From: the human T2T-CHM13v2.0 reference genome, Homo sapiens
Direction: 5' to 3' (one strand)
DNA length: 64,000 nt
NCBI RefSeq assembly: GCF_009914755.1
Contig: NC_060925.1
Shown here: in pieces, positions 40,786-54,224 of the stretch
How the letters are laid out: each line of letters starts with the position of its first letter
How positions within the stretch are numbered: the stretch's first letter is position 1
Notes under the pieces: generated by a model
Database searches by the model: none
What the model was told of the DNA's origin: nothing
The model's input: only the letters and a program-made list of their open reading frames with translations
Made by a program: the position numbers and the translations under genes

Positions 40786-42995
40786 TGTATTAGTCTGCTT
40801 TCACACTGCTATAAAGAAATACCTGAAACTGAGTAATTTGTAAAGAGAAGAGTTTTAATTGACTCACAGTTATGCATGGCTGTGGAGACCTCAGGAAACT
40901 TACAATCATGGTGGAAGGGGAAGGGGAAGCAAGGCACGTCTTACATGTTCACAGGCAAGAGAGAGTGAAGGAAGAACTTCCAAACACTTATAAAATCATC
41001 AGATCTTGTGAGAACTCACTATCATGAGAACAGCATGGGGAAACTGCCCACATGATCCAAACACCTACCTCCCTCAACACATGGGAATTACAATTTGAGA
41101 TGAGTTTTGGGTGGGGACATAGAGCCAAACCATATCATTCCTCCACTCACCCTTTCCAAATCTGATGTCTTTTTACATTTCAAAAACATTCATCCCTTCC
41201 CAACAGTTTCCCAAACTCCATTTCAGCATTAATTCAAAAATACACAGTCTGAAGTCTCATCTGAGACAAGGCAAGTCCCTTCCACTTATGAGCCTCTAAA
41301 ATCAAAAGCAAGTTAGTTACTTCCTAGATAGAATGGCAGTACAAGCATTGGGTAAATGCTCCCATTCCAAATAGCAGCAATTTGCCAAAACAAAGGGCCT
41401 ACAGGTCCCATGCAAGTCCAGAATCCACTGGGGTGGTCATTACATCTTAAAGCTCTGAAATAATCTCCTTTGATTCCATGTCTCACATCTGGGGCACACT
41501 GTTGAGTAGGCTCCCACTGCCTTGGGCAACTCCTTCACGGGCTGGTGTTGAGTGCCTGTGGCTTTTCCAGGTGCGCAGTGCAAGCCATTGGTGGATGTAC
41601 CATTCTGGGGACTGGAGGATGGTGGCCCTCTTTTCACAGCTCCACTAGACAGTGCCCAGTGGGGACTCTGTGTGGGGGCTCCAACCCCACATTTTGCCTT
41701 TGCGCTGCCCCAGCAGAGGTTCTTCACGACGGCTCTGCCCCTGCAGCAGACTTCCACCTGGACATCCAGGTGTTTCCATACATCCTCTGAAATCTAGGTG
41801 GAGGTTCCCAAAGATCAACTCTTGTGTTCTGTGCACCTGCAGCCCCAACACCATGTGGAAGCCACCAAGGCTTGGGACTTGTACCTTCTGAAGCAATGGC
41901 CTGAGCTGTACCTTGACCCCTTTTAGCCACGGCTGGAGGTGGAGCAGCTGGGATCCAGAGCACCATGTCCTGAGGCTGCACAGAGCAGTGGGGCCCTGGG
42001 CCCAGTCCAGTAAACCATTATTCCCTTCTGGGCCTCCAGGTCTGTGATGGGTGGGGCTGCCATGAAAGTCTTTAACATGCCCTGGAGACGTTTTCCCCAC
42101 TGTCTTGGCAATTAACATTTGGCTCCTAGTTACTTATGCAAGTTTCTGCAGCCTTGAATTCCTCCCCAGAAAATGGGTTTTTGTTTTCTACTACATGGTC
42201 AGGCTGCAAATTTTTCAAACTTTTATGCCTTGCTTCCCTTTTGAACATAAGTTCCAATTTCAAACCATTTGTCTCAAGTTGAAGGTTCCACAGATCTCTA
42301 GGGCAGGGGCAATAGGCCACCAGTGTCTTTGCTAATGCATAGCAAGAGTGATCTTTGTTCCAGTTCCCAATAAGTTCTTCATCTCCATCTGAGACCACCT
42401 CATCCTTGACTTGGTTGTCCAAATCACCAACAACATTTTGGTCAAAACCATTCAACAAGTTTCTAGGAAGTTCTAAACTTTTCCACATCTTCCTGTCTTC
42501 TTCTGAGCCCTACCAAACTGTTGTAACCTTTGCCCATTACCCAGTTCCAAAGTCACTTCCCCATGTTCAAGTATCTTTATAGCAGTGCTCCACTCTCTGT
42601 GGTACCAATTTCCTGTATTAGTCTATTTTCACACTGCTATAAAGAAATACCCGAGACTGGGTAATTTATAAAGGGAAGAAGTTTAATTGACTCAAAGTTC
42701 TGCATAGCTGGGGAGGCCTCAGGAAGCTTATAATTATGATGAAAGTTGAAGGGGAAGCAAGGCATGTCTTACATGGTGGCAGTTGAGAGAGCAGGAAGAA
42801 CTTCCAAACACTTATAAAATGATCAGCTATCATGAGAATCCACTCCCTATCACAAGAACAGCATGGAGGAAACTGCCCCCATGATACAGTCACCTTCCTC
42901 CCTCAACATATGGGGATTACAGGTCCTTCCCTCGACACATGGAGATTACAATTTGAGATGAGTTTTGGGTGGGGACACAGAGCCAAACCATATCA
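40786..42995 (-). mobile_element. Full-length THE1D/MSTA-type MaLR (LTR 40786-41137, internal 41138-42613, LTR 42614-42995)
   Basis: Two homologous LTRs TGTATTAGTC...CCATATCA; typical MaLR internal region; perfect TSD GTATA at 40781-40785 and 42996-43000. Confidence 0.93.
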
Positions 42996-43129
42996 GTATA
43001 CATCCTTGTGAGAAATCTCACATATGTCCATAAAGGACATGCACAAGAACATGTTCATAAAAGAAATGGGGAGGGAGTGACAGTCTAGGACTCTATCATT
43101 GGGAGTGGATATGGTGGATGCACCTAATT

Positions 43130-43322
43130 GCAGGAGTATGTGGGTTAGCCACCTGCTATTGTAAAGTTTATTGCCACAAAGCCAAATCTATTTGTTCATG
43201 TATTGTCTATGACTGCTTTATGTTACAATGGCAGAATTCAGTAGTTGTGACAGAGACCAAATGGCCACAGAAGCCTAAAATATTTAATATCTGGCCCTTT
43301 CAGCAAAAGTTTACCAATCATT
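43130..43322 (+). mobile_element. MER58A DNA transposon fragment
   Basis: gtattgtctatgactgcttt..gtagttgtgacagagacc..aagcctaaaatattta..tctggccctt. Confidence 0.8.
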
Positions 43323-43439
43323 TTATCATTCTTAACCCTGATCTTTATTAACTTACAGTTGGCCTAAATTACTGAGGATAATTCCTCTGCTAGATAATTA
43401 TCTAGTAGGGTAAAAGCATGAAGAGAAAGTAAAAAGTAC

Positions 43440-43650
43440 CTTTTATTTGAATACTTACAGTGTTGCTGGCATTGTACTAAGAGCTTTACCACTATTACAC
43501 TATCAGATGCTCACACTCCATATTACACAGGAAGAAATGAAAACACAGCAAGGTTAAGTGCATTGCCCAGGGTTAAACAGCTAGTGTGGTGTAAACAGGA
43601 CTATAATTTAAGCAGTTCCAGAAACAACAGGTTTAATCACTAAACTACAT
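43440..43650 (-). mobile_element. MIR SINE
   Basis: ccatattacacaggaagaaatgaaaacacagcaaggttaagtgcattgcccagggt core. Confidence 0.75.
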
Positions 43651-44914
43651 TAACATTATATACATTTTCCTTAGGGGACAAAGTGAATGTTAGACAAGAA
43701 CGCATGGCTGTAGATTAAATCGCTGTGTCATTACTACACAAGTTATGCTGTGATCTATCTCTGGGGCCTCCAAAATAATTTAAGGGTACAAAAAGTAATC
43801 TCTTTAAAATGTGTGTTAGTAGGCACTATTCCTTGCAAAGCAAAAAGATCCTCCTATTCAAGTTTACAACCATGGGTCCTACCTTGGCAGAAACTGATAA
43901 ACGGTAGTTTCCTAATTGGGAGCAGGAAGGTACTGAAATGAGAGGGGCTACTGCAGTGGTCATCTATTTATGTAGAAGAGCACAAATAAAAGGAATCTTA
44001 GCAATGGCTCATTTCAAATCCCTCATTTACTAGATGAAGAAAAGGAAGTCCCAAGATAAGAATTGCCAAAAGCTTATTACTATAGTGCAAAAGCTGGGGC
44101 AAGAACAAGGTATCCCAATGTTCACTGTATTGACAGTGGGGAAGGAGTAGAGTAGGGGGGAGTTCTGGAGAAAAAACCAACTACCTAATATGGTATCTGG
44201 TAGGACTAGAACAAGATATCCTGCTTATTCCATTGAGAGGATGGGGAGGGAGTGGAGAAGGAGAAAGTTATATAGATAAAATAAATACCCAATATGGTGT
44301 CTTGCTTGGAACATGTTAGACTCTCTTTTTTTCCTTTCCTTGATATTCTCCTTTCCTATCCAATATGGCACTTCATTCAACCTCAACTACTAGAAATGTA
44401 GACTAAAGTCACTCACCACTATTTCAGACTTTATGATACCTATTTCTTTGGGAATATACAAGTTTACTATAGTAGCCTGAAACCAGAAATAGTTTGACAT
44501 TTAATAAAAAGATATTACTATAAAATAAAACCTATAGATTATAGGACTTGACAAAACTATAGGTCATATACACTTAAAAATAAATATCAAGCCAGAGTTT
44601 ATAAATGCTTTGCCACAAACCAGGTTTAAAATGGCTTTCCTTGGTATGCTTGCATAGTTACATTAACAGAAAAATCAGCATATCATTTACTTGCTTAGTG
44701 CCCATAGTCATGTTGATAATTTCAATTCATTTTAATTTCTGAGTTGAACTGATTAGTTTCTGATGCTTGAATGGGCTGTCAGCATGTAAACATTGGGTAA
44801 AAAGATAAACTGTATGGCATGGGTTATTATGTTTTTGTAATGCTATCTGTTTAATTCTGTTTTATACTTTCCAGGGAAAGCCTCACAGGTAATACTTCTC
44901 TTCAAATTTCTGTG

Positions 44915-45342
44915 TGTTTTAGTCTTTTTGTGCTGTTATAATGGAATGCTTGCAGTTGGGTAATTTATAAAGAAAAGAGGTTCATTTGGCTCTCAGTTCT
45001 GAAGGCTGTACAACAAGCCTAGTGTAGCATCTGCTTCTAGTAAGGGCCTCAGGAAGCTTCCAATCATGGCAGAAGGTGAATGGGAGCCAGTGTGTGCAGA
45101 GATCGTATGGTGAGAAAGGAAGCAAGTTGCGGGGAGGTGCCAGGCTCTTTGTAACAATCAGCTCTTAGGGGAAGTAAGGGAGCAAGAACTCACTCATTCT
45201 CTCCCTCCTCCCAGGGAAGACATTAATTTATTCATGAGAGATCCACCGTCATGACCCAAACACCTCTCATTAGGCACCACTTCCAACATTGGGATCAAAT
45301 TTTAGCATGCAGTTTGGAAGGACAAACATCCACACTGTAGCA
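44915..45342 (-). mobile_element. MSTB MaLR solo LTR
   Basis: tgttttagtc...gggtaatttataaagaaaagagg...catccacactgTAGCA; perfect TSD CTGTG. Confidence 0.9.
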
Positions 45343-45799
45343 CTGTGCAAATAAATTACTACCATGGAATAATGTATTTTATGTTAAAATATTATAAGAA
45401 AATCATTTTAAAGGCTACTATAATAAAATAAAACTACCCACCCAGGTAATGTTTTAAATTCTTTTTTATTTTAAAACAATAAGTTAATTGGCACTTTTTC
45501 AATTTACTTTATTATTATTTTAACATTTAGACTCATTAGGAGGTAATAATTGTCTAGTGAAAAGATGTTATTCCAAGAGGTAGTGACTTCTTCCAACTTC
45601 CTTCTTCTCAATTTGTCTTCTCTGTCCACGTTATCTTGGATGTCTGAAGAGAATTCTGGTGGAGACCTATTTTTCTGTGTTCGGTGTGAATAAACAATTT
45701 AAAGGGCAACACCTAGAGCTTTCTATATAAGGGGTGAGGGATAATTAGTCATTTAGAAAGGTGCTTTGCAACACTGCGTAACACTAAAGAAAATGGGCA

Positions 45800-45992
45800 T
45801 AGCAATAAGTGTAAAAGGTCAGAGCACTAAAATGGAGGCAAGGAAAAAGGCTGAGTAATTCTGCAAGCTAAGTAACTTTGTAACTTTGGTGAGAAGCTTA
45901 TCCTTCGTGGCCGTATTTTTTCACCTCTAAAATAAAGGAATTAGGATAGATCATCTCAGTGAGCCTTTTGGTTCTAGAATTCTAAGATTCTC
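45800..45992 (+). mobile_element. MIR/MIR3 fragment
   Basis: tgtaactttgg..ttttttcacctctaaaataaagga..ttctagaattctaagattct. Confidence 0.6.
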
Positions 45993-46376
45993 AACTGAAC
46001 AAAAAAGTAAACTATTAGTAGAGATTTTAGCAGTTGAATTTATACTAGGATGCAAGTGTCTTTCTAATGCTATTTACCTTTAATCAGATCCTGAATGTTT
46101 TTGTGTAAACTTTCAGGTAAAACTAAGTTGAGTCTTCAATATAACTTGGTTTGTGTGAACTTCTTACCATTATCTGTTTTTGATTTTTATATGTAAGGAA
46201 AAAAGAGAAAGAAGACAGCTTGCCTTCTCTTTATCCAGTCTCTGGAGAGAAATTAAAGTGGGCACATGAAATGCATTGATTAGTAAATATAGCCGATACC
46301 CACATATTCCAGCTGGTCTTCTCTCAGCTTCTTGTATTCCAGTTCCACTGAAAAAAAGTTTGACATTGGGTATATA

Positions 46377-46979
46377 TGTAGTAGAATGAAAAATGGTCTC
46401 CCGAAAGATATCAGGTCCTAATCCCTGGAAACTATCTGTTACCTTACTTGAGATACAGGGTCTTTGCAGATGCGATTAAGCTAAGGATCTTGAGATGGGG
46501 CAAGTGTTCTGGATTATCCTAGTGGGTCCTGAATGCCATCACAAGTGTCCTTATAAGAGAGAGGCAGGCTAGATTTCATAGACAGATGAGAAAAAGGCAA
46601 TGTGAAGATAGAGGCAGAGATTGGGCTGATGTGGCAATGCAACAAGACATAGCAACAGCCACCTGAAGCTGGAAGAAGCAGGCAACAGATTTTCCCCTCA
46701 GTCCTCCTCAGAGACCATGCAGAGACAAAGCAAGAGACTTGAAGATTGGAGTGATGTGGTACAGACGAAAAGAATGCTGGAAGTCACCAGAACTGAAAGA
46801 AAGCAAGGGGATGGACAGAGCCTCTCCTAGACCTCTGAAGAGAGTGAAGCCCTGCAGACACCTGGATTTCAGCCCAGTGATACTGATTCCAACTTCAAGT
46901 CCCAGAATGGTGAGAGAATTAGTTTCTCTTAAAAACTAAATTGGTGATTGTTTGTTACAAAAGCCGTGAAAAACTAACA
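46377..46979 (+). mobile_element. MLT1C/D-like MaLR LTR with internally repeated block
   Basis: aggtcctaatccctggaa..gggtctttgcagatgcgattaagctaaggatcttgagatgg. Confidence 0.85.
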
Positions 46980-47504
46980 CTGTGTGTAGAGAAACAAGTG
47001 ATTCAAAAGGTTAGACAGAGGGCAGATGCTGAGACATGGTGGTATCCCAAGCAAATTCCCAATCCCTAACTCTATACTAGAACCGACAGAACACCTGGGA
47101 CTAACTCAAAGGGGAAAGTAAGGACCTGGATCAGCTGGAAGGACCCTTTCTAATTGCAGATGTGTTGCGAATTTTGTTTCTGAAGAGTTCCAATAGTTGA
47201 GAGAACTCTCTGTAGAGCAACAGACTTCAGTAGTCTATGGGGGTAGTGGGGATGGGACTGTCAGGAAGAATGCTTTTGGAGACCAGACTGAGAAGCTTTT
47301 TTCACTATGTTTTTAGAAAGAAGAGTCTGACCCAAATTCTTAAAAAAAATCAGAATAGATTTGCCAAATTTCTTTATGTGTCTGGGACTATGTGAAATGT
47401 ACGTAAGTAGATTTACATTTGCGGAATCAAGCTTTCTATTACTTAAAAGCTGCAGCAAATACCCTAAATGAAGACATATAAATAATCATTTGGTGATATG
47501 ATAG

Positions 47505-48600
47505 AGACTGTTAGTTGTTTACCAAAATCTAAAACGAATCTATTTCTTCTACTGGAATACGAATAGATTACATTTCCCTGCTTCAACTGAACTTAGATGT
47601 GAGACCCAACTCATGTCATTGAGTTCTACTGAGTGGATGCAGATCAAGATAAATAGTAGAAGGAGAAGAGATCAGGAGAAGACACACAAAATGACAGTCA
47701 TTTCCACTCAGATTCTATTAGATAGAACTCAAAGATGATGGAGCCACAGGTGGATGAGATGTAGGTCTCTAAATCACCATTTGGAGCAAAACCACTGATG
47801 ACCTGGAAAACCTGCAGCAGAGTATCGTAAAATAATAAATTTCTATTGTAATAAGACACACAGGTATTTTAGGTTCATTTGCTGCTACAGTCTTGCCTAA
47901 TATACAGAAATAGGCATTTTTATATAAGCCGCTGCTCTAACAATAACAATATGGATAACTGAAAGTGGAAATGGATATCATACTCTGAAAAGTTGACAAA
48001 GTTTGGTCTAATGTTTAGTAAAACAGTCACGTGTACTAACTTGCAAGGCAGGCTGGGTGACTCTAGGAGAAGTGGTTGGAAAGTGTAGTATGGACTTTTA
48101 CTTTTTACTTTAGTAAGGCATTACATCTAAGGTGAGGTGAAGTGGGAATTTGCAGGTTTGTGGAAGAAGAAATAAAGAGTAGAGATATTTGGGGCCTTAC
48201 ACAATTGGAAAACAAAGTACTTTGAACTTCCAAACAGTGGGAGTTAAGGAAGCTTTCTCTCTTTACCAGCCTATGTTTTAGATGGTTTTAAAGTAGCTGC
48301 CATTAAGGTGAGAACTAGAAAGGTAGAGATGGGGCAAAAAAAAATCAGGATAATAGAGAAGACCTATTATCTTTTTCCAGAAAGGTAATTTGATTATGGA
48401 TAATGAAACATGGAACTGATTGGAAGCACAGAGGAAATCTACTAAACTTTAGAGGGATTCACATTGCTAAAGAGACCACAAGCCTGGCTTTAAAATCTTG
48501 TGACTGCTTAAGCCTTAAAATAATCTGTAGGCCTTTGTACTTGCACAGGGTCACTTAGAGACATCATGAAAATGCAGATTCCCGGCCTCAACCACCAAGG
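47505..48600 (+). mobile_element. Old MLT1 LTR (to ~47905) followed by MLT1-internal remnant
   Basis: tagattacatttccctgctt; aataaatttctattgt..cctaatataca then gaaataggca..gctgctctaacaa. Confidence 0.55.
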
Positions 48601-48710
48601 ATACTACGTGGCACATGAAAAATGCTGCCCTTCTCACCCCAAAGATGTCCAGAACCTAATCCCCAAAACTGTGACCATGTAATATATAATATGTAGTAAT
48701 TTATTTTTAA

Positions 48711-49192
<482 letters not shown>

Positions 49193-49349
49193 TGATCAGT
49201 GCCACATAGACTCAGACACAAACCCACTGCTGAATGGCTTTTCTTCACAACAATCTATGGCTCGTGCCAGCATGAGGAGAAGCCCATGCAGACAGCTGTG
49301 CTCACTTCACTCAGTGATCTGAACACTTCACTGACTGTCTTCGGCTCAT

Positions 49350-49885
49350 TTGTTGAACACTAAACCTTTTGGTCATGCATTGAAGATCCTCTACCATCTA
49401 AACGTAAAACATTCTTCCAGTTTCATCTCTCATAGTAGTTTCTAAAAACATAGCTAACATTGTAGCCAAATTTGATGACTCTCAAGTTCAACCAAAATTC
49501 CTTTCCTGTCTCTGCATTTTCTTAAGTCATTTTCTCTAGTTCAATTATTTTTAAATTTACTCAAGTTAAACTTTCTCCTTTCGCCTTTGGAACTGTACAC
49601 ATTTTTTAAGCCCTAGCTTAGGTGCCACATTCTCCATGAGCATTTTTGAAATTTCATTTATTTGAAAGAACAGTACTCCCTTGGCACAGTCAGTTGGCTT
49701 GTAATTATTCTGGCTTTCATAATAGTTGGTTGTATAACTGTCTTATGTCCTTTAATGGATTGTAACCTCTTTTTGGACAAGCACCAGTCTTAATTATTTT
49801 TAAATCCATCAATCAGCCCAATGGCTTACACAAAAAGCTCAACAAATATTTGTTGAGTAAATTAATTGTTGGATGAGTAAATCTA
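49350..49885 (+). mobile_element. L2 fragments
   Basis: ggattgtaacctctttttggacaagcacc..gctcaacaaatatttgttgagt. Confidence 0.6.
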
Positions 49886-49959
49886 TAAATGAACTTAATG
49901 AAGGCTGGAATTTTGTACCAGCAGCCAGTTTTTATGGTGTTCAAATGTAATGACATTAT

Positions 49960-50085
49960 AGTTATATGTATCCATGTATGTGGATATATTATATATCCAC
50001 ATATGTGGGTATGTATGTACACATGCACACACATCTATATGCATACTTATATATACATATGCATACATATATTTACATATTTGTA
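49960..50085. repeat. (TA)/(CA)-rich low-complexity tract
   Basis: Degenerate tatatg/catata repeats. Confidence 0.85.
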
Positions 50086-52098
50086 AGGTGACATTGAGGA
50101 AGTTCAAGTTTTTCAAAACATATTGTAAAACTTATTAAACATTACTTGTATTTCATGTATAAATTAGTTAATAATTTTAATAACATTTTTTGACCATATG
50201 ATATAGTCTGTAAATATGAATACATGTTTAAAAGTGTATTTCTTTTAAAATGGTCTCTTTTAAACTGTTATGTAAATAATCACATAGGAGATATCAGAAG
50301 TGAGGACACGTTCCACCCAGTGTCCTTGTTTTCTCACTTGTCTTGATTAAGAGAATGGGGCTCATTTATTAGTCCCTTTCTTTCTTCCTTTATGGAAAGT
50401 GTAGCATTTGTAGAAAATAATCATGTATCACTGAAGCAACTGAAACTGAAGCAAAATGTATAGCCTATTATGACAGTAATAGTCCAGAAGGGTAATGCAG
50501 TCCTGATAAAATAAATATGAGATTGCTGTTGTTTTGTGTCACAGAAAATGTAAAGTCCCCTTTCTATAGCTGGGCTTATAGCCTTGTTTATCTCTTGTGC
50601 CATTTTGCCGTTCAATTTACTGTGTAGTGATTGTCTAATACAATGAAAACCAGAAAATCTTCCACTGAGCAATGCCATGCTGTCACCTAGCTCTTTCCAG
50701 GGAGAAAATAGGATTGGAAGAGATGATTACAGTGAAGAAGCACTGTTATATATTGGAAGATGGTGAATATGGCATTTTTTCAGCTACATTGTGTGACTAA
50801 CAACAGCATAAAACCTTAGGCTTTGCCCTAGCAGAATGAGTGACATATATGACTCACTAACTGCGTGGTATGTCCTAATTTCTCCTGCCTGCTTGAAAAC
50901 CAGACTGCCTAAAACAGTAAAATGGGTTATTAGAGCACGTCTGAGTTACAATTAAGTAAAGTGAGAAACACTGAAGTGGAAAGCAGACCAAGTTCACCCT
51001 TACTTTGACTGGCTGTTTCACATCACAAAGATACAAAGCAATTTTATATTCTTTAATATTGAGAAGGACTGTAAACTGTTTGTTCTTTTATACCAAATCT
51101 CCCATGGCCTGCAGAATTTGGTAACCCGTAATTCGTTTATATGCCTTGCTAGTCCAACCCAAAACTGGGGCTTGAATCCCTCACTGAAGTGTTCATTAGC
51201 ATTATAATCAGCCTCACTCTCAATTTATGTGTTGATTTGTTTGTATTTTAGTCTCTCTTTACTTTGAGAAGTAACTTGAAACAGTTTATAATGTAAATAC
51301 ACATATGGGAGTTAAAAATAAAGACTAAAGGTAAGAAAATATCGAGAAAAAAGTAAAATAAATACTAGAGCTTCCAAAGTTTCACCAGGAAATGAGGAAT
51401 TCAGGCAAGGGATGGTTTTTTCCCTCATGGAAAAAGAAGCAGAATGAGATCAGAGATCTTGGGAGTAAACAGACCTTGATTTGAGAGGATCTGAAACCAC
51501 CATGTTGTAAGACACACTGCTGGGAACATTTATACATTTTCTTTATTTTCTCTTTGGTCTTAGTATCTAGTTAACTATTTTAATGAAAATATCCGTCATG
51601 ACTAGACTCAGGCATGGCACACCAAGGGGATAGCTGTGGTGACTGGCCAAACTGGGAAATGTCTGCACATCACTCTCTTCCTATCTCCAGAGACTATTTT
51701 CAGATTGAAATCTGCAGGGTCTGAATTCCCGTCTATTTTGGGAAGCCACATTCCACTATTAAGGTGAAAGACCACCCCTAAGCGATTGATAACAGAAGGT
51801 TATTAGCTTTGTGTTTCCTGGCAGCCAACAGATAGCAACACAGCTTGCAAGAGTTATCTGATAAAATACACCGTAACACTTTAGAAGAAACAAACTTTTA
51901 CTTGGCACTACATTCTAGTAGAATTTACCTTATATTTTACTGACTTTATGAAAAGGATTCTCCATCTCCAATAGCAGGTTTGCAGGATATGCAAACATCT
52001 TTGATTTTGGTTTTAATTTTAATAAAGTCGAGGGTCACACTGTTAAATTATAATTTACTAACCTCCTTTGCTCTGTTATTATTGGCTGTGTCTTAGAC

Positions 52099-52565
52099 CA
52101 GCAGTCTCCAACATTTTTGGCACCAGGAACTGGCTTCATGGAAGACAATTTCTCCATGGACTGGTAGGGGGGCGGGGTATGGTTTCAGGATGATTCAAGT
52201 GCATTACATTTACTGTGCACTTTATTTCTATTATTATTCCATTGTAATATATAATAATTATATAACTGACCATAAAGTGGAATCAGTGGGAGCCCTGAGC
52301 TTGTTTTCTTGCAACTAGATGGTCCCATATGGGAGTGATGGGAGGCAGTGACAGATCTTCAGGCATTAGATTCTCATAAGGAGCATGCAACCTAGATCCC
52401 TTGTATGCACAGTTCACAACAGGGTTTGCACTTCTATGAGAATCTAATGCTGCTGCAAATCTGACAGGGGTCAGAGCTCAGGTGGTGAAGGGAATGATGG
52501 GGAGCAGCTGTAAATACGGATGAGGCTTCACTCACTCACCCACTGCTCACCTCCTGCTGTGTGCC
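52099..52565 (-). mobile_element. MER1A hAT-Charlie MITE, one terminus deleted
   Basis: cagcagtctccaacatttttggcaccagg TIR; 8-bp TSD tcttagac/ccttagac; orientation opposite to the MER1B at 39514. Confidence 0.88.
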
Positions 52566-53763
52566 CCTTAGACCATTGTTCCTAGAGGCATGTGTATTTA
52601 GCAGGCACTTTAAATTGTCTTTCTTGAATATTAATTATCTCATCAGCACTTAAGGATAACTTATTTATGAGAAAGAAAAAATAAATTAGGAAATAAACAT
52701 TTCCTTAATTACAACAAAGACTACATATAAAAAAGATATTGGAGAAAGTGCGAGAAAGAGAGATAGGTGGGAAACAGGTTTTAATAATATTAATATTTAA
52801 ATGCTTTATTGTCACATGCAATCTCTTTCTCCAGATCTGCTATTTTTTTCTTGGAAGTCTTCCTGGTTTGGCATGCTCCAAGGAAGATCAACAATATAGT
52901 ATTAGCATATTTCCAAAAGCCTATGGACAAGATAGATTTCTGAGAAGTGCTGCTTATTTCTAAGTGAGTACTCTCTTATAATATTGGCTCTTTCCATTAC
53001 TATTTATCCAAAGCCTATTTAGATGAATATCCTTTCCTTACATTCTCTAAAATAGCTGCATTTAAAATATAACACCCCAGTATACCCAAAGCCTCTATAA
53101 GGTGAATATGAATAAAATCAATTTAAAGTATAATTACTGCAATTTCACAGTGAAGACTCTTTGCATCAAGATTTCAGTTTTTGAAGACTATAAATGTTGA
53201 GGGGATCATAAAATAACAATCATTTGGTGAAGGCCCAGATTTTATGCTTTCGAAATAGCATGAGGTTTATGACAACATTACACCAAAGGTATCTAAAACG
53301 AAAACCAAAATTTTTGCCAGAGTTGATTGTCTCATCAACAGGTGTCCTAATAAATTCAGTTAGTTTTCCCTGAAGGTGGTGAGCAGTGGGATACTAATTT
53401 TATGCTAATTTTGACTTTGATTCCTTTATATCATTAATTTATTCCTCAGCAGTGACATGTCCTGAACTTCACAGTAAAGTCAAAGATCTCTAGAGATTGA
53501 GTTAATTAGGTCAACAGAAAGGAGAGTATGTAAAGCTTAGTTTTAGGTGTGAAAACTCATAATTAACCCCACTTATTTTAAAGGTACTAGTATCCAAGTT
53601 TTTTCTTTGTAGAATAATTGTATAATGCATTATTGAAGAAAAATTCCTACTTCTTTACAAAATCTTTCCAGTAAGGGGTAATATTTACAAAAGTTGTTAT
53701 CAGTGGCCACAATAAACAGAATTCTTCTTTGGTTTCATATTTTCCCCTATGGACAATATATGA

Positions 53764-54123
53764 TGTATTAAGCTATTCTCAGGCTGCTGATGAGGACATA
53801 CCTGAGACTGGGTAATTTATAAAGAAAAAGAGGTTTAATGGACTCACATTTCCACGTGGCTGAGGAGGTCTCACAATCATGGCGGAAGGTGAAAGTTACA
53901 TTTTACATGGCGGCAGACAAGAGAATGAGAACCAAGTGAAAGGGGTTTCCCCTTATAAAACCATCAGCTCTCCTGAGACTTATTCATTACCATGAGAACA
54001 GTATGGGGGAAACCTCCCCCATGATTCAGTTTTCTCCCACTGGGTGCCTCCCACAACATGTGGGAATTATGGGAGCTACAATTCAAGATGAGATTTGGAT
54101 GTAGACACAGCCAAACCATATCA
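53764..54123 (-). mobile_element. THE1B/C solo LTR
   Basis: gacatacctgagactgggtaatttataaagaaaaagaggtttaatggactcac...cagccaaaccaTATCA; TSD tatga/tatgt. Confidence 0.9.
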
Positions 54124-54146
54124 TATGTCTTACAAGTGGGCTTCAA

Positions 54147-54165
54147 GTGTGAAAGGTTTTGTTGT

Positions 54166-54224
<59 letters not shown>

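Noticed and set aside
41440-42582. Cluster of overlapping ORFs on both strands
   Set aside because: GC-richer MaLR internal sequence; fragments of its decayed ORF and chance frames.
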